IMG/VR virus record: IMGVR_UViG_3300017908_000287
Location: 1-25,213 of that record
DNA from: a virus
Lineage: Duplodnaviria > Caudoviricetes
DNA: 25,213 nucleotides
Reading direction: 5' to 3' (one strand)
How positions within the stretch are numbered: position 1 is the first letter of the stretch; each line of letters opens with the position of its first letter. Below, in pieces: positions 1-6,823 of the stretch. A program made the translations under genes and the position numbers. Under the pieces are notes generated by a model. The model was not told where the DNA came from, searched no databases, and saw only the letters and a list, made by a program, of their open reading frames with translations.

Positions 1-1
1 C

Positions 2-943
2 ACTGCTTATCTTGCAATTGGTGGCTGGCTTACTGGCACTACCTTTGCTACGAGCTGGTACACCCACGGTCTCGCAAGTAGTTACCTTGAGGGTGCTAAT
101 TTTCTTACAGCGGCTGTCTCAACGCCTGCTGATGCTATGGGTCATTCTCTTCTTTTACTTTGGGGTCCTGAGTCTCAGGGAGATTTCGTCCGCTGGGTCC
201 AACTTGGGGGACTCTGGGCTTTTGTGGCGCTCCACGGAGCCTTCGCTCTTATCGGTTTTATGCTTCGACAGTTTGAAATTAGTCGTTTAGTTGGTATTCG
301 TCCGTACAATGCTATCGCGTTCTCTGGGCCTATTGCTGTTTTTGTCAGTGTGTTCCTCATTTATCCACTCGGACAATCCTCCTGGTTCTTTGCGCCGTCG
401 TTTGGTGTTGCTGCGATATTCCGCTTCTTACTCTTCCTACAGGGTTTCCATAACTGGACGCTCAACCCGTTTCATATGATGGGAGTGGCGGGTATCTTAG
501 GAGGGGCCTTGCTTTCTGCCATACATGGTGTTACAGTTGAAAATACATTGTACGAAGACGGTGATCAGGCCAATACCTTCAAAGCATTCGATAGCACACA
601 AGAAGAAGAGACCTATTCGATGGTTACGGCAAATCGTTTCTGGTCACAAATTTTTGGTATTGCTTTTAGTAATAAGCGTTGGCTGCATTTCTTTATGCTA
701 TTTGTCCCAGTTATGGGTCTTTGGACTAGCAGTATCGGCATCATTGGTCTTGCTCTTAATCTACGTGCGTATGATTTTGTCTCACAAGAGATTCGTGCCG
801 CAGAAGATCCAGAGTTTGAGACCTTCTACACAAAGAACATTCTCCTCAACGAAGGACTCCGTGCTTGGCTTGCGCCTGTCGATCAGCCACATGAAAACTT
901 TGTCTTCCCTGAAGAAGTCTTACCAAGAGGGAATGCACTCTAA
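2..943 (+). CDS. psbD: Photosystem II D2 protein, 5'-truncated by the window edge
   Basis: The frame is open from base 2 ([49 protein letters not shown]...) into the 137..943 ORF. It has D2 motifs [16 protein letters not shown] and [19 protein letters not shown] and the C-terminus [11 protein letters not shown]. Confidence 0.99.
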   Translation, partial: TAYLAIGGWLTGTTFATSWYTHGLASSYLEGANFLTAAVSTPADAMGHSLLLLWGPESQGDFVRWVQLGGLWAFVALHGAFALIGFMLRQFEISRLVGIRPYNAIAFSGPIAVFVSVFLIYPLGQSSWFFAPSFGVAAIFRFLLFLQGFHNWTLNPFHMMGVAGILGGALLSAIHGVTVENTLYEDGDQANTFKAFDSTQEEETYSMVTANRFWSQIFGIAFSNKRWLHFFMLFVPVMGLWTSSIGIIGLALNLRAYDFVSQEIRAAEDPEFETFYTKNILLNEGLRAWLAPVDQPHENFVFPEEVLPRGNAL

Positions 944-945
944 CT

Positions 946-996
946 TTTAATAAGGATTTCTCTTATTAAAGGAAACCCACTAAACCTTTAATAAGA
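946..996. repeat. Three-armed inverted repeat after psbD
   Basis: TCTTATTAAAGG (961-972) is the perfect reverse complement of CCTTTAATAAGA (985-996). TTTAATAAG (946-954) is also complementary to CTTATTAAA (962-970). Confidence 0.8.
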
Positions 997-1015
997 CCAC
1001 TTCCATAACCTTCAC

Positions 1016-1042
1016 ACCACTCCTTCACAGGGGTGGTTTTTT
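1016..1042 (+). terminator. Rho-independent terminator downstream of psbD
   Basis: Stem ACCACTCC / GGGGTGGT (one G-U pair) with loop TTCACA, followed by a T run. Confidence 0.8.
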
Positions 1043-1052
1043 ATTGTATAAT
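1024..1052 (+). promoter_or_regulatory. Sigma70-like promoter overlapping the terminator
   Basis: TTCACA (1024-1029), 17-nt spacer, TATAAT (1047-1052), upstream of ORF 1079. Confidence 0.6.
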
Positions 1053-1078
1053 ACTCACATAGTCAATACAAGGTTATC

Positions 1079-1306
1079 ATGATGACCAGTAAATACTGGG
1101 ATGTAATGAACAAGTTGGAAGAGTCATTCTCCAACATCAACTCTATTAGTTTCATGTTAGAAGAACTGACTGAAGCAATGGACAACAATCGTATGGATCA
1201 AGCACACGATATCGTTCATGCCCTGAATGCTTTCATGCCAGTGTATACTGACAACTGGGATCGTAATTTCAAACAAGCATGGAATGAGGTGGTGAAAGAT
1301 GACTGA
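1079..1306 (+). CDS. Hypothetical phage protein (75 aa)
   Basis: ORF behind a promoter, with an ATGACTGA overlap into the next ORF. Confidence 0.75.
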   Translation: MMTSKYWDVMNKLEESFSNINSISFMLEELTEAMDNNRMDQAHDIVHALNAFMPVYTDNWDRNFKQAWNEVVKDD

Positions 1307-1577
1307 AGAATACGGATACATTTCTGATGCCTTTGATAATCTACCAGAAGAGGAACTTCTTATGACTGACGAACAAATAAAAACCCTTGAAGATGCATTT
1401 AATTCAATTCCAGAAAAACTGAGAACTGGAAAGTATAAAACTATGGAAGGAATTGAAGAACAACTTGCGAGTGGTACTAACATTATCTTTTATATGAGAT
1501 GTGAAGATAAAGTTGATAAAGATGGCGAATATAAAGAGTTTGAAATGAAGAGTATGAAACTTGGTGAAGATGACTGA
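1299..1577 (+). CDS. Hypothetical acidic phage protein (92 aa)
   Basis: Translationally coupled ORF with an internal near-repeat DAFDNLPEE / DAFNSIPEK. Confidence 0.7.
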   Translation: MTEEYGYISDAFDNLPEEELLMTDEQIKTLEDAFNSIPEKLRTGKYKTMEGIEEQLASGTNIIFYMRCEDKVDKDGEYKEFEMKSMKLGEDD

Positions 1578-1704
1578 AGAACAAAAGGGTGATTTTTTCC
1601 TTGACAAAGATACAAGCGTGTTGTATATTTTTGATGGGAATGAATGGTTAGAAATTGTCCCAACCTCTGTATTGAAAAAACCTAAAACAAATGAGTATCC
1701 CTAA
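1570..1704 (+). CDS. Small hypothetical protein (44 aa), not in the ORF track
   Basis: Hand translation gives MTEEQKGDFFLDKDTSVLYIFDGNEWLEIVPTSVLKKPKTNEYP. It overlaps the upstream gene by ATGACTGA and fills the gap to ORF 1691. Confidence 0.65.
   Translation: MTEEQKGDFFLDKDTSVLYIFDGNEWLEIVPTSVLKKPKTNEYP
1601..1629 (+). promoter_or_regulatory. Sigma70-like promoter inside the small ORF
   Basis: TTGACA (1601-1606), 17-nt spacer, TATATT (1624-1629), upstream of ORF 1691. Confidence 0.5.
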
Positions 1705-2026
1705 TTTCAAATCCCAAGACGATTGGGAAGCATTTACCCAGATCTTTGATAGTCAGTGGCATTGTAAAAGAGCACTGCTAAATCGTGTCAAGAATGATCT
1801 GTTCCCTGAATATAAATCATGGGATCAACTTCAACCACATACAATGGAAGTGATCAACGGCATCGTATCCAATCTTGTGTATGAGTGTGAGCGTCAGTTC
1901 AAAGAGACCCACCAGGATTACAAGACTGATGATGATGATGAAATGTTCATTCCCTATCGTTCTTTTAAAGAGAATGTAGCAGAAGCACTCAAAGAAGCAC
2001 TGGAGAGTCATCAGAAGAATGAATAA
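1691..2026 (+). CDS. Hypothetical phage protein (111 aa)
   Basis: ORF in operon orientation with phage-like composition. Confidence 0.75.
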   Translation: MSIPNFKSQDDWEAFTQIFDSQWHCKRALLNRVKNDLFPEYKSWDQLQPHTMEVINGIVSNLVYECERQFKETHQDYKTDDDDEMFIPYRSFKENVAEALKEALESHQKNE

Positions 2027-2080
2027 CTTTGAAGTTTTCTTTTACCTGAAATCAATTAACACCTCCGCGAGAGAAACAGT

Positions 2081-2512
2081 ATGAAACATCTGGGCATGTT
2101 AATACTCCGATTATGCGTCGGAATATTTTTAATACATCATGGTTATGAAAAATTAGATAGTATTGAAAACTTTGCAGATGCATTTGTTAGACCCCTACAT
2201 CTTCCTTTTCCAATATTCTTTTCTTATTGTGCAGCACTATCGGAAATTTTTGGAAGTTGGTTGTTAATAACTGGATTTCTGACTCGTCTAGGGGCACTCT
2301 CAATTGTTATGACAGCATCATTTGCAATATATCATGCTGTTGTATTCAATGGATTCAATATCTACTTGTTAGAATTGCTGGGTCTTTACTGGGGTGGAGC
2401 AGCTGCTATTATGTTATGTGGACCGGGAAAACTTTCTTTGGACTACTTAATTTTGAATAGTATCTTTAGTTCGGTAACAGTTCCAGAAACGGAAGTCAGG
2501 GTTGATGAATAA
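2081..2512 (+). CDS. DoxX-family membrane protein
   Basis: N-terminal LILRLCVGIFLIHHGYEKL, then SEIFGSWLLITGFLTRLGAL and C-terminal GPGKLSLD, with about four hydrophobic segments. Confidence 0.85.
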   Translation: MKHLGMLILRLCVGIFLIHHGYEKLDSIENFADAFVRPLHLPFPIFFSYCAALSEIFGSWLLITGFLTRLGALSIVMTASFAIYHAVVFNGFNIYLLELLGLYWGGAAAIMLCGPGKLSLDYLILNSIFSSVTVPETEVRVDE

Positions 2513-2513
2513 A

Positions 2514-2542
2514 TTGACCAAGATAAAGAAATATGATATACT
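2514..2542 (+). promoter_or_regulatory. Sigma70-like promoter upstream of talC
   Basis: TTGACC (2514-2519), 17-nt spacer, TATACT (2537-2542). Confidence 0.6.
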
Positions 2543-2543
2543 A

Positions 2544-2571
2544 AGGGGGTCTAAAACAGACCTCTTTTTTT
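2544..2571 (+). terminator. Terminator-like hairpin directly before the talC start
   Basis: AAGGGGGTCT-AAAAC-AGACCTCTT followed by a T run ending at the ATG. Confidence 0.65.
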
Positions 2572-3216
2572 ATGAAAATTTTTTTAGATACAGCAGAGAC
2601 CGATGTCATTTCCAAATATTTTTCAACCGGATTAGTTGATGGTGTGACAACTAACCCTACTCTGATTAGAAAGAGTGGTCGTAATCCTGAAGATGTCTAC
2701 CAAGAGATCAAGGATATGGGTGTTCAGGACATCAGCATGGAAGTTGTTGGATCTGACTTTGAGATGTATGATGAAGGCAAACGTCTTTATGAAAAGTTTG
2801 GTGATGTATGTACTGTGAAGGTTCCCTGCACACGCGAGGGTCTAATAGTCTGTAAATCTCTATCCGATCAGGGTGTCAAGGTTAATGTCACACTCATCTT
2901 CTGCGCTGCTCAGGCAGTCCTAGCAGCGAAGGCAGGGGCAACTTATGTTTCTCCCTTTGTAGGACGCTTAGACGACCAGTCAGTGGCAGGTCTGGAGGTT
3001 GTACGGTCCATTTCAGAACTATATCGTATTCATGGTATGAGAACTCAGGTTCTTTCTGCATCGATCCGCAGTGTTCAACGTGCTATCCGTTCCTGGTATA
3101 ATGGAGCTGAGATTTGCACGATGCCACCAAAAGTGTTTGATCAGATGTATGATCACATCCTCACAGACAAAGGTTTAGAAATTTTTGACAACGATTGGAA
3201 GCAGGTACAACAATGA
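2572..3216 (+). CDS. talC: Transaldolase (TalC/Fsa type), auxiliary metabolic gene
   Basis: Motifs KIFLDTA, GVTTNPTL, TVKVP (catalytic Lys), NVTLIF, YVSPFVGRLDD and LSASIR. Confidence 0.97.
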   Translation: MKIFLDTAETDVISKYFSTGLVDGVTTNPTLIRKSGRNPEDVYQEIKDMGVQDISMEVVGSDFEMYDEGKRLYEKFGDVCTVKVPCTREGLIVCKSLSDQGVKVNVTLIFCAAQAVLAAKAGATYVSPFVGRLDDQSVAGLEVVRSISELYRIHGMRTQVLSASIRSVQRAIRSWYNGAEICTMPPKVFDQMYDHILTDKGLEIFDNDWKQVQQ

Positions 3217-3449
3217 CATTTACAATTTTTTCGAGAGATGGTTGCCCTTATTGTGATAAAGTGCAACAAGTGCTACAACTTGCTGAGATAAAGCATGTGA
3301 TATATAAACTTAACAGGGATTTCACCCGTGATGAGTTCTATGCTAAGTTTGGAGAAGGTTCAACCTTTCCGAGAGTGGTTAAAGATGATACTCTGATAGG
3401 GGGGTGTATGGAAACTGTTAAGTACCTACGCGAGCAAAAGTTAGTCTAA
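3213..3449 (+). CDS. nrdC: Glutaredoxin (T4 NrdC-like)
   Basis: CPYC active site, TFPRV and IGG motifs. The start is likely the ATG at 3213, an ATGA overlap with talC. Confidence 0.9.
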   Translation: MTFTIFSRDGCPYCDKVQQVLQLAEIKHVIYKLNRDFTRDEFYAKFGEGSTFPRVVKDDTLIGGCMETVKYLREQKLV

Positions 3450-3808
3450 TGGATCAAAACCTCATCGACATTTATGATCTCATTGAACATGCTATCGACA
3501 ATGCCTTTGAGGGTAATATGAATCTAAAATTCTATGAATATTTGAAAGACAATAAAACTAAAAAGCATGAAGTAGACACCTTCATTGAAAGCACTACAAC
3601 ATTAGAAATCAACAACTTAGTTGAGGACTTGAGTGAATACATTGAGGGTGGCAATGATAATATGCATAAGCAACTTAGAGAGGGATATGGATTCATTCCT
3701 AAACCTCAAGCAAGAAAGATAAAGAACTATCTTCAAAATATTCTAGATGATGCTACGAGGTATAGTAATGACCGAAGACCAGGAAGAAGAAAAAAAGAAT
3801 CTAAATAA
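3449..3808 (+). CDS. Conserved cyanophage hypothetical protein (119 aa)
   Basis: TAATG overlap with the glutaredoxin gene. The QLREGYGFIPKPQARKIKNYL motif is recalled from T4-like phage hypotheticals. Confidence 0.8.
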   Translation: MDQNLIDIYDLIEHAIDNAFEGNMNLKFYEYLKDNKTKKHEVDTFIESTTTLEINNLVEDLSEYIEGGNDNMHKQLREGYGFIPKPQARKIKNYLQNILDDATRYSNDRRPGRRKKESK

Positions 3809-3974
3809 TTCCGAAACCCACATCAATCGTGGAGTTGAGTTGCTACTACGCAACAGGAGGAGAAAACCAGAACCGCCCAAAACTTTTCAGATAAAGTTTG
3901 GTAAGATGGTGTCTCTCTTCCGAAGAGAGATTGTATTTCATCTGAACTTCTATCTGGATATCAGAAAGAAATAG
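3768..3974 (+). CDS. Hypothetical basic protein, start uncertain (3747 or 3768)
   Basis: The ORF fills the gap before ORF 3993. Confidence 0.6.
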   Translation: MTEDQEEEKKNLNNSETHINRGVELLLRNRRRKPEPPKTFQIKFGKMVSLFRREIVFHLNFYLDIRKK

Positions 3975-3992
3975 TCTCTGGAGGACAAGAGG

Positions 3993-4214
3993 ATGTTAGC
4001 AGTAACGCTCACTATTGGAACATTGGTATCGATAATGTTCTTTTTTGTTGGAAGTATGGTAGGATGGTTAGCAAAAGAGCACGTCTATCAAACTCAACCC
4101 GTTTATACACATCCAGAAATGTTTGATGAAAATGGAAATGTGTTACCAGACGAAATTTTAGCAGTACGATTTGAAAATGGCTATGACGAATACGACGAAG
4201 AAGACAACGACTAA
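3993..4214 (+). CDS. Small membrane-anchored hypothetical protein
   Basis: GGAGG upstream, an N-terminal hydrophobic helix, HPEMFDENGN motif and acidic tail. Confidence 0.8.
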   Translation: MLAVTLTIGTLVSIMFFFVGSMVGWLAKEHVYQTQPVYTHPEMFDENGNVLPDEILAVRFENGYDEYDEEDND

Positions 4215-4785
4215 GAAAGTAACAACAAAGAAACCAAGGACAGTTAAGGCACCAGTCAAGATTACTCTTCCAAACAACCCGTTTGTATTTGAGATTCTTG
4301 AAGCAGTGTCTGCTCAAAGAACTGCTGCCAAGAAAGTTGAAACACTGAAACAGTATGAAGATGATTCTGTTAAGGCAGTTCTGATTTGGAATTTTGATGA
4401 GAGTGTTATCTCTATGATTCCTGAGGGTGAAGTTCCTTATGGTGATCCTCAGGAGCAAACGGTATATCAAGGTTCATTGTCTGATAATCTCAATCGAGAG
4501 ATGGCAGGAGGGGAGTCTGCAACAGGACAGGATCTTGATGGACGCAATAAAACATCACTCCGTAAGGAGTGGCAGAACCTCTATCACTATGTGAAGGGTG
4601 GAAATGACACCCTCACAAAGACTCGTAGAGAGATGATGTTCATTAATTTGTTACGAGGACTACACCCCAAGGAAGCAGAGTTGCTTATACTAGTTAAAGA
4701 TAAACTTCTTACAACTAAATATAAATTAACAAAGGCTAATGTCGAACAGGCATATCCTGATATTACATGGGGAGGTCGTTCTTAA
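4177..4785 (+). CDS. Conserved T4-like phage hypothetical protein
   Basis: Long ORF with a Lys/Thr-rich N-terminus and motifs PEGEVPY and RREMMFINLLRGLHPKEAELL. Start uncertain. Confidence 0.8.
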   Translation: MAMTNTTKKTTTKKVTTKKPRTVKAPVKITLPNNPFVFEILEAVSAQRTAAKKVETLKQYEDDSVKAVLIWNFDESVISMIPEGEVPYGDPQEQTVYQGSLSDNLNREMAGGESATGQDLDGRNKTSLRKEWQNLYHYVKGGNDTLTKTRREMMFINLLRGLHPKEAELLILVKDKLLTTKYKLTKANVEQAYPDITWGGRS

Positions 4786-5135
4786 TGGCAAATCAATTAG
4801 AAGATGCCCCAACAAAAACAAAACAGGAGGAGGCACCTAATCAAGATATGAATTTAAGTTTCAACCCATCTGATTATGGTTGTCAAATTTTACTTGAGAA
4901 AACTACTCTCGATGCTGCGAACGATAAGACATTTCCAAATGATGCCAGACTTGTTTGGTATATCGTTGATGGAACTGAATACATCGATCTGACTCGATGT
5001 GGTAAAGTATCGAAGATGTTTGATATGTACTATGATCGTTATGGTGCTGGTTCCGTTCAGAAGATTGATTTTGGATATGGCACAGTCAACCCTAAACTAT
5101 GGGGAGTGAAGAAAAAGGAATCAAAGAAAAAATGA
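4785..5135 (+). CDS. Conserved cyanophage hypothetical protein
   Basis: TAATG overlap with the previous gene, upstream GGAGG, and motif FDMYYDRYG...GYGTVNPKLWG. Confidence 0.8.
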   Translation: MANQLEDAPTKTKQEEAPNQDMNLSFNPSDYGCQILLEKTTLDAANDKTFPNDARLVWYIVDGTEYIDLTRCGKVSKMFDMYYDRYGAGSVQKIDFGYGTVNPKLWGVKKKESKKK

Positions 5136-5305
5136 GTGACGGATTTGATGTGCAGGTCGAGATGCCCAAAGAGGATATTAATCGACTTCTCAAACAATAT
5201 AAAAAACTGAAGAAATACCAGAAGTCTTCTCTCTATCAGATTGAAAAACTCTCTGGTAAGAAAACTAAGGTCGATGAATTGATCGACGAATACGGAGTTG
5301 ACTAA
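5132..5305 (+). CDS. Hypothetical protein (57 aa)
   Basis: ATGA overlap at 5132 (MSDGFDVQ...). Confidence 0.7.
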   Translation: MSDGFDVQVEMPKEDINRLLKQYKKLKKYQKSSLYQIEKLSGKKTKVDELIDEYGVD

Positions 5306-5326
5306 ACCGGTATGCCGTGTTATAGT
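5298..5326 (+). promoter_or_regulatory. Sigma70-like promoter with extended -10
   Basis: TTGACT (5298-5303), 17-nt spacer, TG-n-TATAGT (-10 at 5321-5326). Confidence 0.6.
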
Positions 5327-5349
5327 CGATGCTATGAACCATTTTCACC

Positions 5350-5544
5350 ATGTCTTATAAACCCTATAGTGCCGAGTGGCACAGGCATCGCTATCTGAAA
5401 GAAGCTCTTGATAAGTATCTTGATGATGGTGCAGAAACTCAGACAATCATTGATGATATCATAAATATTGTTTGTGATCGTCAGTTAAAAGCACATGAAG
5501 AGTTCACTAAACTTTCGGACTTAGAAGCAAAACTGCGAGAGTAA
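5350..5544 (+). CDS. Hypothetical protein (64 aa)
   Basis: ORF downstream of the promoter, beginning YKPYSAEWHRHRYLKEAL. Confidence 0.75.
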   Translation: MSYKPYSAEWHRHRYLKEALDKYLDDGAETQTIIDDIINIVCDRQLKAHEEFTKLSDLEAKLRE

Positions 5545-5545
5545 A

Positions 5546-5860
5546 ATGCTATCAACTCAATACAGACTAAGATTAGAGTCTATCTGTGCCTGCATTGCGA
5601 ACAAAGAAAATGTTCCTTTGGAAGATATGATTTGGGTAGAGAAACTTGCTAAAGCACATACGACTGCGCGAGATTGGTTAAATAAAGCACGTCGTCAATC
5701 TGCTAGTGATATTGAAGAAGGTAGCACTGACGATTTTTTAAATAAGATGGGTCTTGGGGACCCCGATCCATCTAATCATAGAACGGGGTTCTCTGGAGCG
5801 GATGAAATTGTAGATTGGTTCAAACAAGATAAACCAGACGATTGGCGTCAGAGGGATTGA
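5546..5860 (+). CDS. Conserved cyanophage hypothetical protein (104 aa)
   Basis: MLSTQYRLRLE...DDWRQRD pattern recalled from cyanomyoviruses, 1 nt after the previous stop. Confidence 0.8.
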   Translation: MLSTQYRLRLESICACIANKENVPLEDMIWVEKLAKAHTTARDWLNKARRQSASDIEEGSTDDFLNKMGLGDPDPSNHRTGFSGADEIVDWFKQDKPDDWRQRD

Positions 5861-5862
5861 AA

Positions 5863-6060
5863 ATGAAGATACTTTTTTTACTGATACTAATCTATCAAAT
5901 ACAACCTGCTTATTCTCATGGTAGGGGAATGTATGAAACAAAAGAAGAAGCAATAGAGAGATCTATTGAAGTTGGTTGCGATGGTTATCATAAGAATGGC
6001 AAAAAATGGATGCCATGTGAAAATGAGTCTGAATTACATAAAGCATTGAGAAAACTTTGA
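5863..6060 (+). CDS. Small secreted DUF3721-like protein
   Basis: Signal-peptide-like MKILFLLILIYQIQPAYSH followed by Y.TKEEA...GC.GYH..G.KWMPC, a pattern I recall as DUF3721 of marine picocyanobacteria. Confidence 0.65.
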   Translation: MKILFLLILIYQIQPAYSHGRGMYETKEEAIERSIEVGCDGYHKNGKKWMPCENESELHKALRKL

Positions 6061-6077
6061 AGGAGGCAAAGAGACTG

Positions 6078-6320
6078 ATGAGAGCAATTTTGTATTCCAA
6101 TAAGAATCAAGAATGTGAGAGGGCAAAGAGTCTTCTATCAAGTGTTGGTGTAGAGTCTATTGAGTATAATCGTGATAATCACTTCACTGACAGAGGATTT
6201 AAATCTGAGTTTGGTGATGAGGCAGAGTATCCACAGGTCACGATTGACTATGGTGGGTTCAGACATCGTGGCGGATTGAAAGATGCGCTACACTTTTTGA
6301 AAGAGAAAGGTCTGATCTAA
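6078..6320 (+). CDS. Glutaredoxin-like protein with degenerate active site, start 6057 or 6078
   Basis: AILYS..NQECERAKSLL...F..EFG..AEYPQV...GG mirrors the glutaredoxin fold, but CxxC is reduced to NQEC. Confidence 0.7.
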   Translation: MRAILYSNKNQECERAKSLLSSVGVESIEYNRDNHFTDRGFKSEFGDEAEYPQVTIDYGGFRHRGGLKDALHFLKEKGLI

Positions 6321-6334
6321 AGAAATAGTAAAAA

Positions 6335-6350
6335 TGTATCACAAGATACA
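6335..6350. promoter_or_regulatory. NtcA-type binding site (GTA-N8-TAC)
   Basis: TGTATCACAAGATACA has GTA at 6336-6338 and TAC at 6347-6349 with extended TGTATC/GATACA symmetry and A-rich flanks. It lies 8 nt upstream of the -35 box. Confidence 0.7.
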
Positions 6351-6357
6351 AAAGAAC

Positions 6358-6386
6358 TTGACTATATAGTTCATGGAGGTTATAAT
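6358..6386 (+). promoter_or_regulatory. Near-consensus sigma70 promoter for the riboswitch operon
   Basis: TTGACT (6358-6363), 17-nt spacer, TATAAT (6381-6386). The predicted start near 6393 coincides with the first RNA repeat. Confidence 0.85.
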
Positions 6387-6392
6387 AAACCT

Positions 6393-6481
6393 ATCGTTCA
6401 TCCAGGAAACTGGACGCAAGTAAGTCGCGGAACGGATCGTTCATCCGTCTTCGGACGGACGCAAACGACTGAAGGAACGGG
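6393..6481 (+). ncRNA. glnA-type glutamine riboswitch-like cis-regulatory RNA with a duplicated or nested aptamer
   Basis: Two copies of ATCGTTCATCC-hairpin-GGACGCAA (6393-6419 with a GAAA loop, 6436-6464 with a cTTCGg loop). Two GAACG strands (6430-6434, 6475-6479) are complementary to CGTTC. Helix AGTCG/CGACT is flanked by AGTA and GAA (loop-E-like). Confidence 0.8.
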
Positions 6482-6542
6482 AAACTCGGATCACCCGTAA
6501 GGGTTAAAGGAGAAAAACCACCCAACTTCAGGAGTAAGACAA

Positions 6543-6710
6543 ATGAACACACTTCAAATCATCAAGAAGCAGATCAACAAAGCATCTGCTGTTCACGATG
6601 CACAGATCACTATCACCAAATATCGTGGTGTTGAGTATTCGTCTAAGAATGTAGAGCGTAAGGATCCTCAGGGAACCTTCTGCTACCGTGGTCGCACCTA
6701 CACCAAGTAA
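6543..6710 (+). CDS. Small DUF4278-like protein with two YRG motifs (55 aa), not in the ORF track
   Basis: AGGAG at 6530-6534. Translation is MNTLQIIKKQINKASAVHDAQITITKYRGVEYSSKNVERKDPQGTFCYRGRTYTK. Confidence 0.85.
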   Translation: MNTLQIIKKQINKASAVHDAQITITKYRGVEYSSKNVERKDPQGTFCYRGRTYTK

Positions 6711-6716
6711 GGAACT

Positions 6717-6812
6717 ATGGAAGCACTACAACTCACAGGATTAATTACCCTGGCATGTATTGCTGGAATGGCTATCATATATGGTGAAATAATTCTCCTT
6801 CATCATACCTAA
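6717..6812 (+). CDS. Single-transmembrane micropeptide (31 aa), not in the ORF track
   Basis: AAGGA directly upstream. Translation is MEALQLTGLITLACIAGMAIIYGEIILLHHT. Confidence 0.7.
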   Translation: MEALQLTGLITLACIAGMAIIYGEIILLHHT

Positions 6813-6823
6813 GGAGAAATTAA

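Noticed and set aside
1-943. Intron or homing endonuclease in psbD
   Set aside because: The frame is uninterrupted in the visible part and no HNH, GIY-YIG or LAGLIDADG motif was seen nearby.
12-950. Alternative-frame and antisense ORFs over psbD (12..290, 175..360, 291..479, 525..950)
   Set aside because: They are shadows of the highly conserved psbD frame, with no RBS or recognisable motifs.
4012-4470. 152-aa minus-strand ORF, and similar antisense ORFs at 1157, 7081, 19730, 20576 and 21162
   Set aside because: They are antisense to well-supported genes and show composition typical of reverse-complement shadows.
6393-6464. Direct repeats as a possible mini-CRISPR array or tRNA
   Set aside because: There are only two copies, the intervening parts are self-paired hairpins, there is no cloverleaf or T-loop, and no cas operon. 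A riboswitch-like RNA fits better.
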